From assembly GCA_965235115.1 (NCBI GenBank), contig OZ249440.1, forward strand, positions 14,694,001 through 14,758,000: a stretch of 64,000 nt of DNA. The letters are read 5' to 3'. Shown here piece by piece: positions 11,469 to 23,301 of this stretch. A program made the position numbers and the translations under genes. The notes under the pieces are model-generated. The model was given only the letters and a program-made list of their open reading frames with translations. It did not search any database and was not told the DNA's origin. Numbering within the stretch: the first letter of the stretch is position 1; each line of letters starts with the position of its first letter. The DNA comes from Laetmonice hystrix. Lineage: Eukaryota.

Positions 11469-11886
11469 CTCGAGAGAATCCTACGTTTATTTTCCTAGCA
11501 AAATTAGGATGCTATTCCAGGTCAGCGTGGATTCTCATGGGCCGGAACCGGAAATAACATTATATTATTAGCATCCATTTTGTGACTTTGCTTCGTATTT
11601 TTTTTTTTATGTCGCGCGGATTTTTTTTAAAAAGAATTTGTTGTTGCCCCAAATTGATATTTTAAACCCAGAAAAAATGCTAAACTTGGTCTTTTCCATC
11701 CGAGAGCATGATACGAAAGTACGCGATGGTTTTTTATATGCATTTAGCCACCTAGCGGAGAAACCCTCAGCAAGCTCATGGCGGGAAATGTGCCGGTGTT
11801 CATTGGATAAAATTGTTGGTGTTGTTTTGTCAACAATTTCGGCCTGGGCCTAATCAAGGATCCGTGGTGTTATCAGGCGCATCAAG
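11469..11886. promoter_or_regulatory. Putative bidirectional promoter of DUSP11 (-) and REC8 (+), including a candidate REC8 non-coding exon 1
   Basis: Lies just upstream of the DUSP11 ATG. Contains tandem ETS-like ccggaa sites (11542-11555) and a tctcgagaga motif. A + strand donor atcaag|gtttgt at 11887 could pair with the acceptor ttttgcag| at 13343 upstream of the REC8 ATG. Confidence 0.5.
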
Positions 11887-12611
11887 GTTTGTAATGTAAT
11901 GAGCATTTCAGCAGTTCGTATACAGTCTATCTACTGATTTAGGCCAAGGGCATGATGATGATTGATGGTGATGGTGGATCAATGCCGGAAGGATGACGTT
12001 ATTTAGAAATGACGTACCGTTGACGTACACGTTCTAACGTTAACGTTATGGTTAAAATAAAACTAAAAGTACTGTAACGTTAGATTCTAGCACTGTAGTA
12101 GCAGTAGCAGTAGCAGTAAATAGTAAGAGAACGTAAATTAGGGGCACAGGCATTGCATGGATTGGCTGAGCTCTAGATCTATAAGTTTATAAGTTACGTT
12201 AACGTTAGCCTACTCGTGACGTTAGGCCTAACTTTGCTCTGGCTAGACTCTAACGTTACATGAAAATGTGTACGGGTAACGTTAACGTTAAACTCTAACG
12301 TTACCTCCGTAACGTTAGATCTATACTAATTTGCCTCAAATTGGCCCTTACTGGCCTCAGGCCTATTTCTAATTTTTCCCGTAGTCTACCCGGACCCCCC
12401 CCCCCCCCAGGCCATGCATGCGGCTTCAGAACACACACACACCCACCCCCCAAGGCCCAACACACAGTCACGTCACACACTTTTGAAAACTCTTCCGCCG
12501 TCCCTGCTAGGCCTACTACCTACTACAGTACTAGTTCTTTAACTAGTATTTAATACACTACAACTAGATCTACACTGTCGAGTCTACTTACTACTACATT
12601 ATACTACTAGT

Positions 12612-12634
12612 ACTGTAGTAGTACGTAGTAGTAC

Positions 12635-12670
<36 letters not shown>

Positions 12671-12672
12671 TG
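12612..12672. repeat. (TAG)n microsatellite
   Basis: Visible tagtagtag run. Confidence 0.9.
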
Positions 12673-13102
12673 GTGCCACTGGTGGTAGTCTGTACTACTT
12701 CACAGCTACTATACTGGCTGCACTGTGTCTGTGATAGTACTAATGCTCGCTACCATTCTTCTAATCATACTCATAGTATATTACTGAACATGATTAGTAA
12801 ATAGATGCCTAAGAACATCATGGCATGCTACCAGAGTTGTTGACATCTCTGATGCCACTCATGGATAACGTATTTTATTGTCCACTGTGGCATAATCCCC
12901 CTTTTTCTAACACAGTAACAGATGGCAGCACTGATCTGTGGTGTCGTTGGGCGCTAAAAGCAGGGATTTTGATGTTTCATGATAATCATTGAGGACGGAC
13001 TGATGACCACAAGCAGGGGGTTGGCAGTCCTCGTTTTGAATACAACAGACTCCCGTTAATGAAATACATATCTATTACCTACACAATCGTTAGTTTAAAG
13101 CC

Positions 13103-13122
13103 TTACCGCTAGGTGGCAGCAC
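13103..13122 (+). promoter_or_regulatory. CTCF-like binding motif
   Basis: ttaccgctaggtggcagcac closely matches the CTCF core CC(A/G)(C/G)(C/T)AG(A/G)(G/T)GGC(A/G)(C/G). Confidence 0.4.
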
Positions 13123-13401
13123 AATTCACACATTCATGCCAGGTGAGGGCCTTATCGGGCCTTATCGCTCGAACCTGAAATTTTATATATCGTGTCCCCG
13201 GGATACAAAGGTTTAGTATTTGAGCAATTTGGGGTGCGCACTGCCAGTGCCACTTTTTATCCATCTAATCGTGAATTTCTTTATTAGGCCCCCCTATAAG
13301 GCTATATTGATAATCATTCATCAATTTATTGTGTATTTTGCAGTGTATAAATAAACGAAGTACAATAAAGAAAGGCTGGAACTCGAATACTCTTGACAAG
13401 C

Positions 13402-16400
13402 ATGTTTTACAGTCAGGACATCCTCCAGAAACGTGGAGGGAAATTTGGTATCATATGGTAAGTTTAAAAATTCCAAGTACCGGTACAACCTATGACAGAG
13501 CTCGGTTGGTCGCCTTGTGGGCATAAGTCAGCAGGCTGCCGAATAGTCCGGTGGAAGTTTTCGTAACGCTATGGTGTGGGAGTGATACGGCCGTGGGGGA
13601 TTCTATATTCTTACCCGTGACGTCACGGTAGTTCCCCGACTTGAGCCTGTTTGTGTATAATTCAGGATAACTATAACAAGCATTATACGAAACAGCATTT
13701 TCCTATCAAATAGTTGAAAGAGAACAGTTGTTTAATAACCTATATAAAATTTATAAACTTTATATTCTAAAACTGATTTATTCTCAATTAATTCCTCCTT
13801 TTTTCACTCTCTCCAGGATTGCCGCGACAAGAGGCATTGCCCTGACAAAGAGAGACTATTCCAGTGTAAATCTGAGACGTCTATGGTAGGTTGATTTAAT
13901 AACAATTGTTCTATATTACAATGGCCTAAGATCTTTTATTCCTATCTAAATTGTGTAATGAATCAATCAAATGCATAGGTACACATGCATTACCGTCTTG
14001 TTATTTAATAAAGTATTGTTGCTAGCTGAGAATGAGACAAACTTTGCGTTTTTCTTGATTTAATTGATCCAGCGAGGACATAATTGAATACATCAGACAT
14101 GAAGCAGCCCAGCATTCAAGACCAACCTTTGGACGTCCTCGATTTTCCCTGTATCTGTCCTCCCAGCTGATGTATGGAGTCTGTAAGGTGTACAAAAAAC
14201 AAAACGAGTACCTCCTCTGTGAGTATCTCTCGGAATCCTAGCATTTACCAAACGAGTACCTCCTAGAGTGATCTTTCGTAATCCCAGCATTTAGTCAAAT
14301 CATCCAAAAACTTTTCCAACCCAACAAGGAAGACGAGTCGATTTTCTTCCTCTGTAAGCGTTTCTACAAAAAATTCAGAATCTGTCTCCATAAAGCAAGT
14401 CTTTATTCTTCAATCTTCAGGTCCAAATGCTTTATCAGCGTAAATGATGAATTTCTCTGACCTGAACTGTTCTCACTTTGCAGCAGACATCACCACCATG
14501 ATTTTCCGCGTCAGGTCCTTCGTGGTTCAAGCGGAGGACATAGACCTGAAGCAAAAACGGTGAGAGTTCCTACTCTCAGTTCAACATTATATGGGCAGCA
14601 GTTATAGGAGTTACAGTAAATCAGAGTTTTTAGGACTCTGAACATCTACTTTGTAGAAGATATATTTTCGGAATGATAGGTGGAAGTTGATTTAAAGTTT
14701 AATGTAGATTAGAAAGAAAAGGAAGATTCCGTCTCTGATCATCATTTCCACTGGTGACAGGTTTGAAGAAGTAACATTACCGGAAATACCCATTCTGCAG
14801 CATCCTGAAGGCCCTCATGTCGATCCTTTTTTCGGAACTTTCCGTCTAATGCGAGAAGCTCACCTGGAGGACATTCCAGACATCGTAAGTCTAGGTTGAC
14901 GATCTATGTTAATGACTAAAGTCAGTGAGAGAACGACTGATCCTGTAGAGAAAATAATAGCTCATACTTCTGATGTCCAAGTTTGGTAAGAAAAACTAAG
15001 GAACACGAGAAACTTCCCTTATTACGATTACTTGGATTTGTGTCGACAAACTATAAGAGATTGTCAGGGGCCATTGCACTAACCGGACAGGTTAAGTTAC
15101 CGTATGCATGTCATGAAGATGCTAATAATTGCCGTCCCGTATCAAGGGAAGGAACCCCAATAATTCGGCTCCAATCTGAGGGTTTTTTTGTCCGTAAACG
15201 TGTAGGAGTTCTGGAAGCCTTACCAGTCGAGTCTATCTAGTGAGAGTCCGCGCGGAGGGCAGATCTCCAAGTCCCCCTCTCCTGACATCCTGCTTCCTGA
15301 TGACAAACAATCCCCATCCTTCCAACCAGGTCGGTGGTTCACGCCAACCTCCCCTCCAAACAACTTGTACATCATGTACAAGTCAATTCTTCATGTTTTC
15401 ATTGAATGATTCATTGCACAGTTAGTTTGGACGGCGATTCAGTTTGGAATTGCTCTGGACGTTTCATTTTTTGTGGTGTTTGACGGTTCTATTTCCAGTT
15501 TTAGCTAATTAACCTGCAGGGACCTTTTCAATTTCCTAAAAGAAAAATATATGTAGTGTACATCTATGCCTATATATTTATACATAGAATGGCCTAGATT
15601 GCCGAGTTTTACAGCCTAAGAAATTCAGTTCTCACCTGTAATATAATCAAGCAGCTTACCAAGCAGTTCTAGTATTTCAATTTAACCTCCAGGATCTTTC
15701 CAATACGCAACCGAAAATTGATGGGGGTCAGTTCTATAGGTTCAAAAGGGCATCCTGATCTGTGATCACAAGGATGAATTCACAGCCTTAAAAAGGGTAA
15801 CTGCTCGTAAAAAGACACTTTTTCACTATGAATACTGGGGAGGGGGGCCACTGCCTCTTCCCCCCCCCCCCCCCCCCCCCCGGTACTGCCCTGCATAAGT
15901 CGTAAGGTAAGCTGGCAGAGTAGAAAATCTGATATGTCTTGCCCTTTGCGTATGGTACGGTCGTGACATGTTCTAGGTCACACCCCTCCAACTCTCGCCT
16001 CTGTTTGCCACAGTCTGATGATAACTCGGTCCTTTTGAAATCAAACAGACGGTTGTGACCCTTTGGTTTTGGTTTCAGTTTTGTTCTTTACTAATCACTG
16101 CTTATTGAAGCTAGGGGAGTGAGGTCCCGAAAACTGGAATAATTGTTTTGATGGTGTTGTAGAGTTGGGCAGCCCCCTCCAGGTGGCCAATGCCTCCATC
16201 ACCCTTAGTGATTTGGCCGACAACCTCAGCAGCACCGACATCATACAGGTGGGACTACTATATACTGGTTACAAGTCACTATTTGGGAAGGTGGTATGTG
16301 CCTGCTCTTTGAGAGTACCGGTATGTCATGGGAGGCCTAGCATTTGTCGGGGTGTGGGCGTGGTTAGTTGGTGTGCGTGTAAACTTGGAAAAACATCAAT

Positions 16401-19400
16401 GATGGTCTCTTAAATTTTTAAAGGGGGGGGGGGGTCCATGAACCCGTACCAAGCAATGCGGTGAAACCATCGAAGAAGGTCTCTCGGGGGGGGGGGGGGC
16501 GGGTTCTTTTGTTTTTCAAAAGTAACTTTGTAGCAGTGAAGTGGTGTGTAAGCTGTTGTACTTGGCGCAGGTTCCAGGCGAGATGGACCTGCCTCCCCTG
16601 GAGACATTGATGGAAGAACTGTTCACCGACCAGGTGGACGATCTGCAGCAGCAGCAGCAGCAGCAGCAGCCAGAACAGATTCCAGTGGATGAAGGGGGCC
16701 TAGAGGCAGTCGTTACACCACAGGTCCGCACTCCACCAACACGGTAAGAGTGGGCAAAGACTTAGAGGATTTGGGAATTTAAATATCGAGACATTCATCA
16801 AAGTTTATTGGTTTTGAAGCATCTTACCTAGAATATGGTCCAGCACAATCCCACCAAAAAAAAAAAAAAAAAAAAGAAGGAAAGAAAAAAAGACATTAAA
16901 AACCCCCCTCTCGATGATTCTTTAATGATCAACATCTTGCTGGGATCATGCAAGATATATCATTTCATGCAGGAGGTAATGTCTTTTTTTTTTAATTCCC
17001 ACAATTCCCCGTTCAGGGACGTTTCACCCCCGCGTACCGAATCGACTGAACCCCGTCAGCGTCGAGAGCGTCGCCCCAGGTCACCAGGCGCATCGCCTCG
17101 GCAGCGAACTAAAAGGCGCAAACAGGTGGGCTCATGGTAAAAAATCTCTGTGAACTGGTACTCGATGTACGTGAAACACCTGAACATTATAAAACACCCA
17201 GCAAAGTTCATTCCCATGACGGCATGCAGTCAAACGCTGTACCTTATCAAATGCTGACCCCTATATCCATTCCTGCTGATTTGGCACCTTTTCACGGTCG
17301 GGTCCACTGGGGACAAAGTGAATTATTTGACAAATTGAAGAGTAGGTTAAGCAGGTGGCGACCTTGTAGCGGGATTGTGTATGTTGGAAGGATCTGGACC
17401 TGGGCCTGGAGCTGTCGGTCGTCGAACCGACTCCCACGATACGAGGCAGGAGACGGCGACGACACTTCACGGATATGGACGTGCAGCTGCCCCGCCAACA
17501 GCTGCGTCAACAGCTGGGGTCTGGCCATGAGACCTGCAGTCAAATGGTATAACCCATCACGTGACCAGTCCACGCCACATAACTCAGTCTTACCTGGTGG
17601 AAATTCTACTTAATATCACCAAAGTCAGATATATACATGTATACCAATGGCATTTTGTACTACGGGTATTTCCGTGCGGGTTTTTGTAAAGGTCCAGAAT
17701 TGGAAAAAGTCAATTGGCTGGCTAGGGGTCTGGGTATCTCAATAACTTAACAACCAGAAATTTTAGTTTGCTTTGTTTCGTTTACCATTTCAGGAGCTGC
17801 CACAACCCAACGTTCCGAGCGTCAAGCAGCTATTGAACAAACCATACAGTCGGTGTAAGTGACTGTTTAACAGCACTAACCATGCTTGATCTGGCCGGTC
17901 CAATCCTTGTCATGAGAAATCATTGATGAAATAGGACTTATAGGCCTACTGAAGTGGGAGTCCAGTAATGTGTGACGCCACCTTAAGGGTACCCACGGGA
18001 ACATTTCACTGTTCTGACTGACTCCGTACGTACGTGCGCTTTCTATAACGGTCTCCTTGATACGGTACACACAATGAAAATAGTTTTTCATGATGCAGAT
18101 ATTCAAAGCAATGTTAAACTGCTGCACCTATGGCGTCGCAATACCCGCAAGGAGTACGAGTACAACAAAGATGCTAGTTTGGACCGACCCCTTTGGACCG
18201 TGCCTGGACTAGGCCAAGGTAAAAAGAAACTTCAAGAGGGGCCTGTCTTTCCTTTTCTTCAGATCCATAATAGGATGTTGAAATGGTTATCCAGAAGCCT
18301 TAATTAACATCACTTCATCAACTATATTGCGACAATACTGAAGACAAAATATGGTGTCAAATAAGCTAATAAATGTTTTCTTTTGGAATACTTACGTAAT
18401 GTGCAATTAGAGAAAGTTAGAGAATAAGAGGTCGTACACTGATTACTACACCTTCCAGAATCGAGTAACGGTAGCAGTGATGGGTCAGAGTCAGGACATG
18501 CCTCGTCAGTGGTTGTACCAGGGCTAACGTTGGAACCCTTGGTTCGTACTGACACAAGTTCTGGCTCGTAGTTAGAAACCTGTATGGTACAATCATGTTC
18601 TGTAGTGATGCGCATTGACTGCCGTAAAGAAGGTTGTCAAGGTATTGACGTTAAACAATAAAGGGATATGTTTGTCCTGTCGTGTTAAAACGTTTTCAAA
18701 GCCTGGTTAATTTTTTTGTCGGTTGAAGTTGGAGGAGGACGAAGATGCGAGAGATGTAACGCCGGAGTTAGGGAGAGATGTATCCATCGAGAAACCCCGC
18801 GACGCTTCACTGAGCATTCTGGGTGTCGACCACGGCCCCGTCATTACACCGCAACGTAGTCTTCTCTCAGTAGAGGGCGACACCAGTCGGTCCTTGCCTG
18901 TCCTGCCCGACACCGACTCCACCAGGAAGAAGTACGATCAGTCATGTCTCTTTGATTAAAAATTGTATTATGAAACACTTGCTGAGATAATATCTTAATT
19001 TTTATCATGTCCTACATATTGTTTATTTGAATATTTTGCTTATCAAACTGTTAAACCCGTAACGGTGCCCTTGTGAGGGCTTTCATTAGGCCTAGGCACT
19101 CTACACGCTACCTGCCCTCACGTAATGGCATACTGTACTGCCCGTTTTATCAGCATTTGCCTGTATTTTTTTTATTCAGGTCTGGCACTCGGAGAACGAG
19201 ACCGTCAACGCCACTTGAGATGCCCTCCCTAGAAGAGGAGAGTTTGTACATGGACCCATCAGTAGACCAGTTCACCCTCCATGACATACCGGAGGACCAG
19301 GAACTGGCGCTGGATGAATCACGCCTCCATGCAAGCCCAACCCTCCCATCTTCCCCCGTCCTACTACCGGAGAAACTGGAGGGGGAAACGTCTTCAGTGG

Positions 19401-20069
19401 CCGACGTTTCAGTTGAGCTCATGCAACATTCTGCCGAGCACTTCAGACTCCTCAGGCAAGACGTCAAGACGTTTGGTGTCATTCTAGTTTGGCTTTGCTG
19501 AGTTTTGATAATCTTTATGAAGTTTTGGGACTGTTTATGATAGTTTGAGGTGACTTTTATAGTGACCTGACGTGTGTATGTTGTGTTCTGCCAGGATCTT
19601 GAAGAAGTTGACCAAGAGGAACCCGTGGGTGACCTTCTGGCAGATCTGTCCTACAGCTACTGCATCTCGAACCAAGGCAGCAAGCCTCCTGTCCGCCCTG
19701 CTCGGTGAGTACTCGCACAGACCCCACCGCCCCCCCCCCCCCCCCAAAAAAAAAAAAAAAAAAAAAAAAACAACAACAACAACAAAGAACAAACAGGTGG
19801 AGTCTAGTCCAAATGTAAGACTTGAATAAGCATTGGGATTTGATTGATAATAACACTCCCGTATGCACGGGTAGTAGTTTTTCACCTTCCTGTTTCACCG
19901 CCCATAGCGGATATAATTTAATGATTTTATAACTTTTGAATGCATAGACGCAGCACAAAATTTAAGCCCATTGTTTTTGGTTTCAGATCTGTGTGCCTTG
20001 CGGCGAGTGATCGCCAAACAATCCAAGCCGTTTGGTGACATTTATATCACAAGCAGCCATCTCGTGTAG
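13402..20069 (+). CDS. REC8: Meiotic cohesin kleisin REC8, 684 aa, 17 coding exons
   Basis: Exons 13402-13457 (MFYSQDILQKRGGKFGIIW), 13817-13885 (IAATRGIALTKRDY), 14073-14218 (RPRFSLYLSSQLMYGVCKVY), 14484-14559, 14761-14884 (HVDPFFG), 15206-15329, 16163-16248, 16571-16743, 17017-17125, 17391-17546 (RGRRRRRHFTDMDVQL), 17794-17854, 18099-18218, 18459-18541, 18729-18931, 19180-19455 (GC donor), 19595-19704 (SRTKAASLLSALL) and 19987-20069 (KQSKPFGDIYI..stop). Phases consistent, total 2055 nt. N- and C-terminal Rad21/Rec8 domains are present; RPRFSLYLS and DPFFG are REC8-type. Confidence 0.92.
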
Positions 20070-23000
20070 ACATGTACATCTCATCCAACTATCATCTGCT
20101 GATGGCTACGAGATAGGAAACCCCACTTGTGTCGCTTCAATCTGTAGAAATTTGTAATATAGGGTCTCATCAAACTTGATCAAATTTGCATCGTTAAAGT
20201 CATCATTGGTATCTCATCCAGCATAACTATTGATGGAATATGTTATTTAATTCCTGATGTAATGTCTGTATTGTTCGGTTCTTATCTTGAATTTACATTT
20301 TAATATATTAGAAATGGACTGAATACCTTCAATTTTGTTAAGTTTATTGTTATTCTCCACTTGCATACATAGGATTGGGGATTTTAACTTAGAATCATGT
20401 CTTTTTTTAATATTATAAGCGTATTTATTATAAATATTTGTGGAAGAACTCTTAACATTTACATTGATTTATTTAGCGTCATTAATATGCTTTGACTAAT
20501 TGAATCAGATTGCTTATTTAAATCGTTGATAATTATTACGGTATTTATTATGACAATATTAATTGCAATGTGAACCGTTAGTTTACAACAGTTAAGTCCC
20601 CAGGAAGCATGGATAGCGGATCAAAAGTACTTGACAGGCAGGAAATCATGTCATTTAAAAGGGAATTGAGTACAAGTTTTCAGATCGATTCGGCAGGTCA
20701 TGGTAAAAAGGAATGTCAACTTAAGATGAGATGTATTCATATTTACCCAAAAGGCTTTACTAAAACGGAGTAAAGGATCATGCCGCATAATGTATTTTTT
20801 ATAAGATATGCCATAAGAAGTTGTTTAGTGTTAGAGTTGTTTATTATTCCACCACGTTATTTATTAGTATTTAACACGTACACATTCAAGGATCAAGTCA
20901 CGTATTTCATAAGATCATGATGTTGTCCATGGTATTTATATACATTGTTATTGTTTGTTGTTGATTAATATAAAGAATGATAGTTATTAAAAATTGATCA
21001 CTTAGGTCGGATTTAGTGTGGACGGTGTAGAATTAGGACTGAGGGTTATCTATTAACGGGGTATAGATTATTTAGATTATTAGTGGGAAGTTGATAATTA
21101 AAGTAAGTCACGATTCTCCGGCCCACAGTTGTTCATATGTTTTTAATATTTATGAAAAATTAATATATTAACAGATTAGAGTATGGCATTGTGGTATCAT
21201 TTGCCGTACATTGAAAGTTTGTAAACTATTATAGGCCTATGTCTAATGTTTTGCCATGTTGAAGTGAACTGGTACCTGTAGGATGAGGACATGACGTAAT
21301 CCCTCGAATTATTGTGTTATGTTGGATCTCATTAATTAAAAAAAAAACTTTCTGTGTGATTAAACCATGGATAGACCGGGATCAGAGGGTAGCCTCACTA
21401 CCCGATCTAAGGTCATAGCTGTAGCTATTATTAATAAACATTGTTATTCATTATTGTTTTGTTTTTTATTTCAATCGGAGCTGTCAACGTTAAATGAACA
21501 CATGTAGTTTCATTTTCTTTGCCATCGTTTTTCACGGGTGTACGTTTTTGCTTGTGAACTGCAAGCATTGTCAGAGCTTCTGCTTCTTACCACTAGAGGT
21601 CGGGGCTGTGAGAGAAAACTGGCTGGGGCCGTATTAGGATGATTGCGACTGTATTAGAATGTAGTTGGCTCTCAATCTATAGGGGTCATCTAATGGTATC
21701 TGTCGGCTCGATGTTTATATTCCAAAGTCAGGTTTTGTCATTGGAGTTCAAGTACCCTCCAATCTCGGCAGAGGTCAAAGACAGATCCCCCCCCCCCCCA
21801 ACCCCACTGGGACCCATCATTGGAAACGATACCTCAACCTCATTGTATGAAACTATTTCATTTGTCCCCTTTAAAATTTCACATGCACAACACCCAATTA
21901 AATAATCTTTTAATATTAATGTAGTGTATATGTTACTACGTGTAGCAGGCCTACGTCCAGTTCAGGATTACATCTAGGCCACCCAAAGGACAAAAGCCCT
22001 CGGGGCAAGGTTTTAGAGGGGAAAATCCTCGGGGGCAAAGGTACCTCACATCACCATCACCTCGATTCTACACGATCGTTAGATGTAACACCTGTGTACA
22101 TTTGAAATCTTAATTCTTTACGGACCTACGGATGGGCGTCATTTCCACCTTTATGACCTGCTTGAAGGTATAATTTATGGTTGGAATGGGAACGTCTGGA
22201 GAGAGTATAGTCTATGTCCTTTTTTAACCCGTTGGTAGATTGTGTTAGCGACAGATCTCATGCAGTTCCAATGCCGACCCCAATGCATCCCTAAACATAA
22301 AAACATAGAAACGCATAAGAAGTAAGAATATTCCATCATATCTCCCCACCCCACCCCACCTCCTGTAATAATTGACAACACCTAGTCATCTATGGATCTA
22401 CAAATTAGCTATAGATCTCTATATCTAGCTGTGACATCACATTCAGTTAGTATGATCCTATATGACGCGACATTTCATCCTTTGTAGATTGTCACTTTGC
22501 ATTAAAATCCCGGACGAAGTCATGTTTAACTATTTGAATGGAAATTGATTGAAGATGACAATTTTCGCGTTAAACCTTAAACACAATATGGGACTCGACG
22601 CTCTCATTTTGATATGCTGCATTTTTTATGCGCTAATTTCTTTTTCTTCTACAATCACATTTGGAACGTGCACTTAGAAAGCCATCTCCTGTGGAATAAA
22701 TTCAAAGGTAAAAAGCCAAGGTTCAATGCTTGATTAGGCACACTGGAGAAGAGTTTTCTTTGGTTGGGTTTTCACCGAGATTCGGTGCATTCGCGCTTTG
22801 AAATAACCTTTCTCAATTGCCACTTTCAGAATAGCGAGGCATACTTAAAAGAGTGCTGGATGAAACATTATTTTCATTCAATATGACCAAATCAATCGAT
22901 GTCACCCGACAATAATCAAATACTCCTGACAAATGAAGGTATGGTCATGAGTACCTTTCCGTACACCCCCCCCCCCCCCCTTATAATTGGTGGTCAATTG

Positions 23001-23301
23001 GAATGCATCCTGATATATTTTACGGGTGTCACAATTATTAGGTATATTTTCGTACACTATCGTGATGTTGGCTTGTCTTTTAGAATGTGCTATTCAATGA
23101 GTGAAGTTCGTCAATGCTATGTATATATCTTGCCATTTATATGGTCCTAATACGACAACATGTCACCCTCTTCACTTCATGTCTCTGATTATAAATTCGA
23201 TCTATTCTTCGCTATGCTTGTATCCTGTGCTTTAATTACATTTTTGGTGTAGAACAACAAGGGTAAGAGGTCATCAAAAAATACCATTAGTGAAAACACG
23301 G

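Noticed and set aside
17292-17573. Minus-strand ORF that looked like an inverted exon
   Set aside because: It is the antisense of REC8 exon 10 (17391-17546), which is open and in phase on the + strand. The same applies to 16516-16731, 18707-18922, 19150-19482 and 19557-19958.
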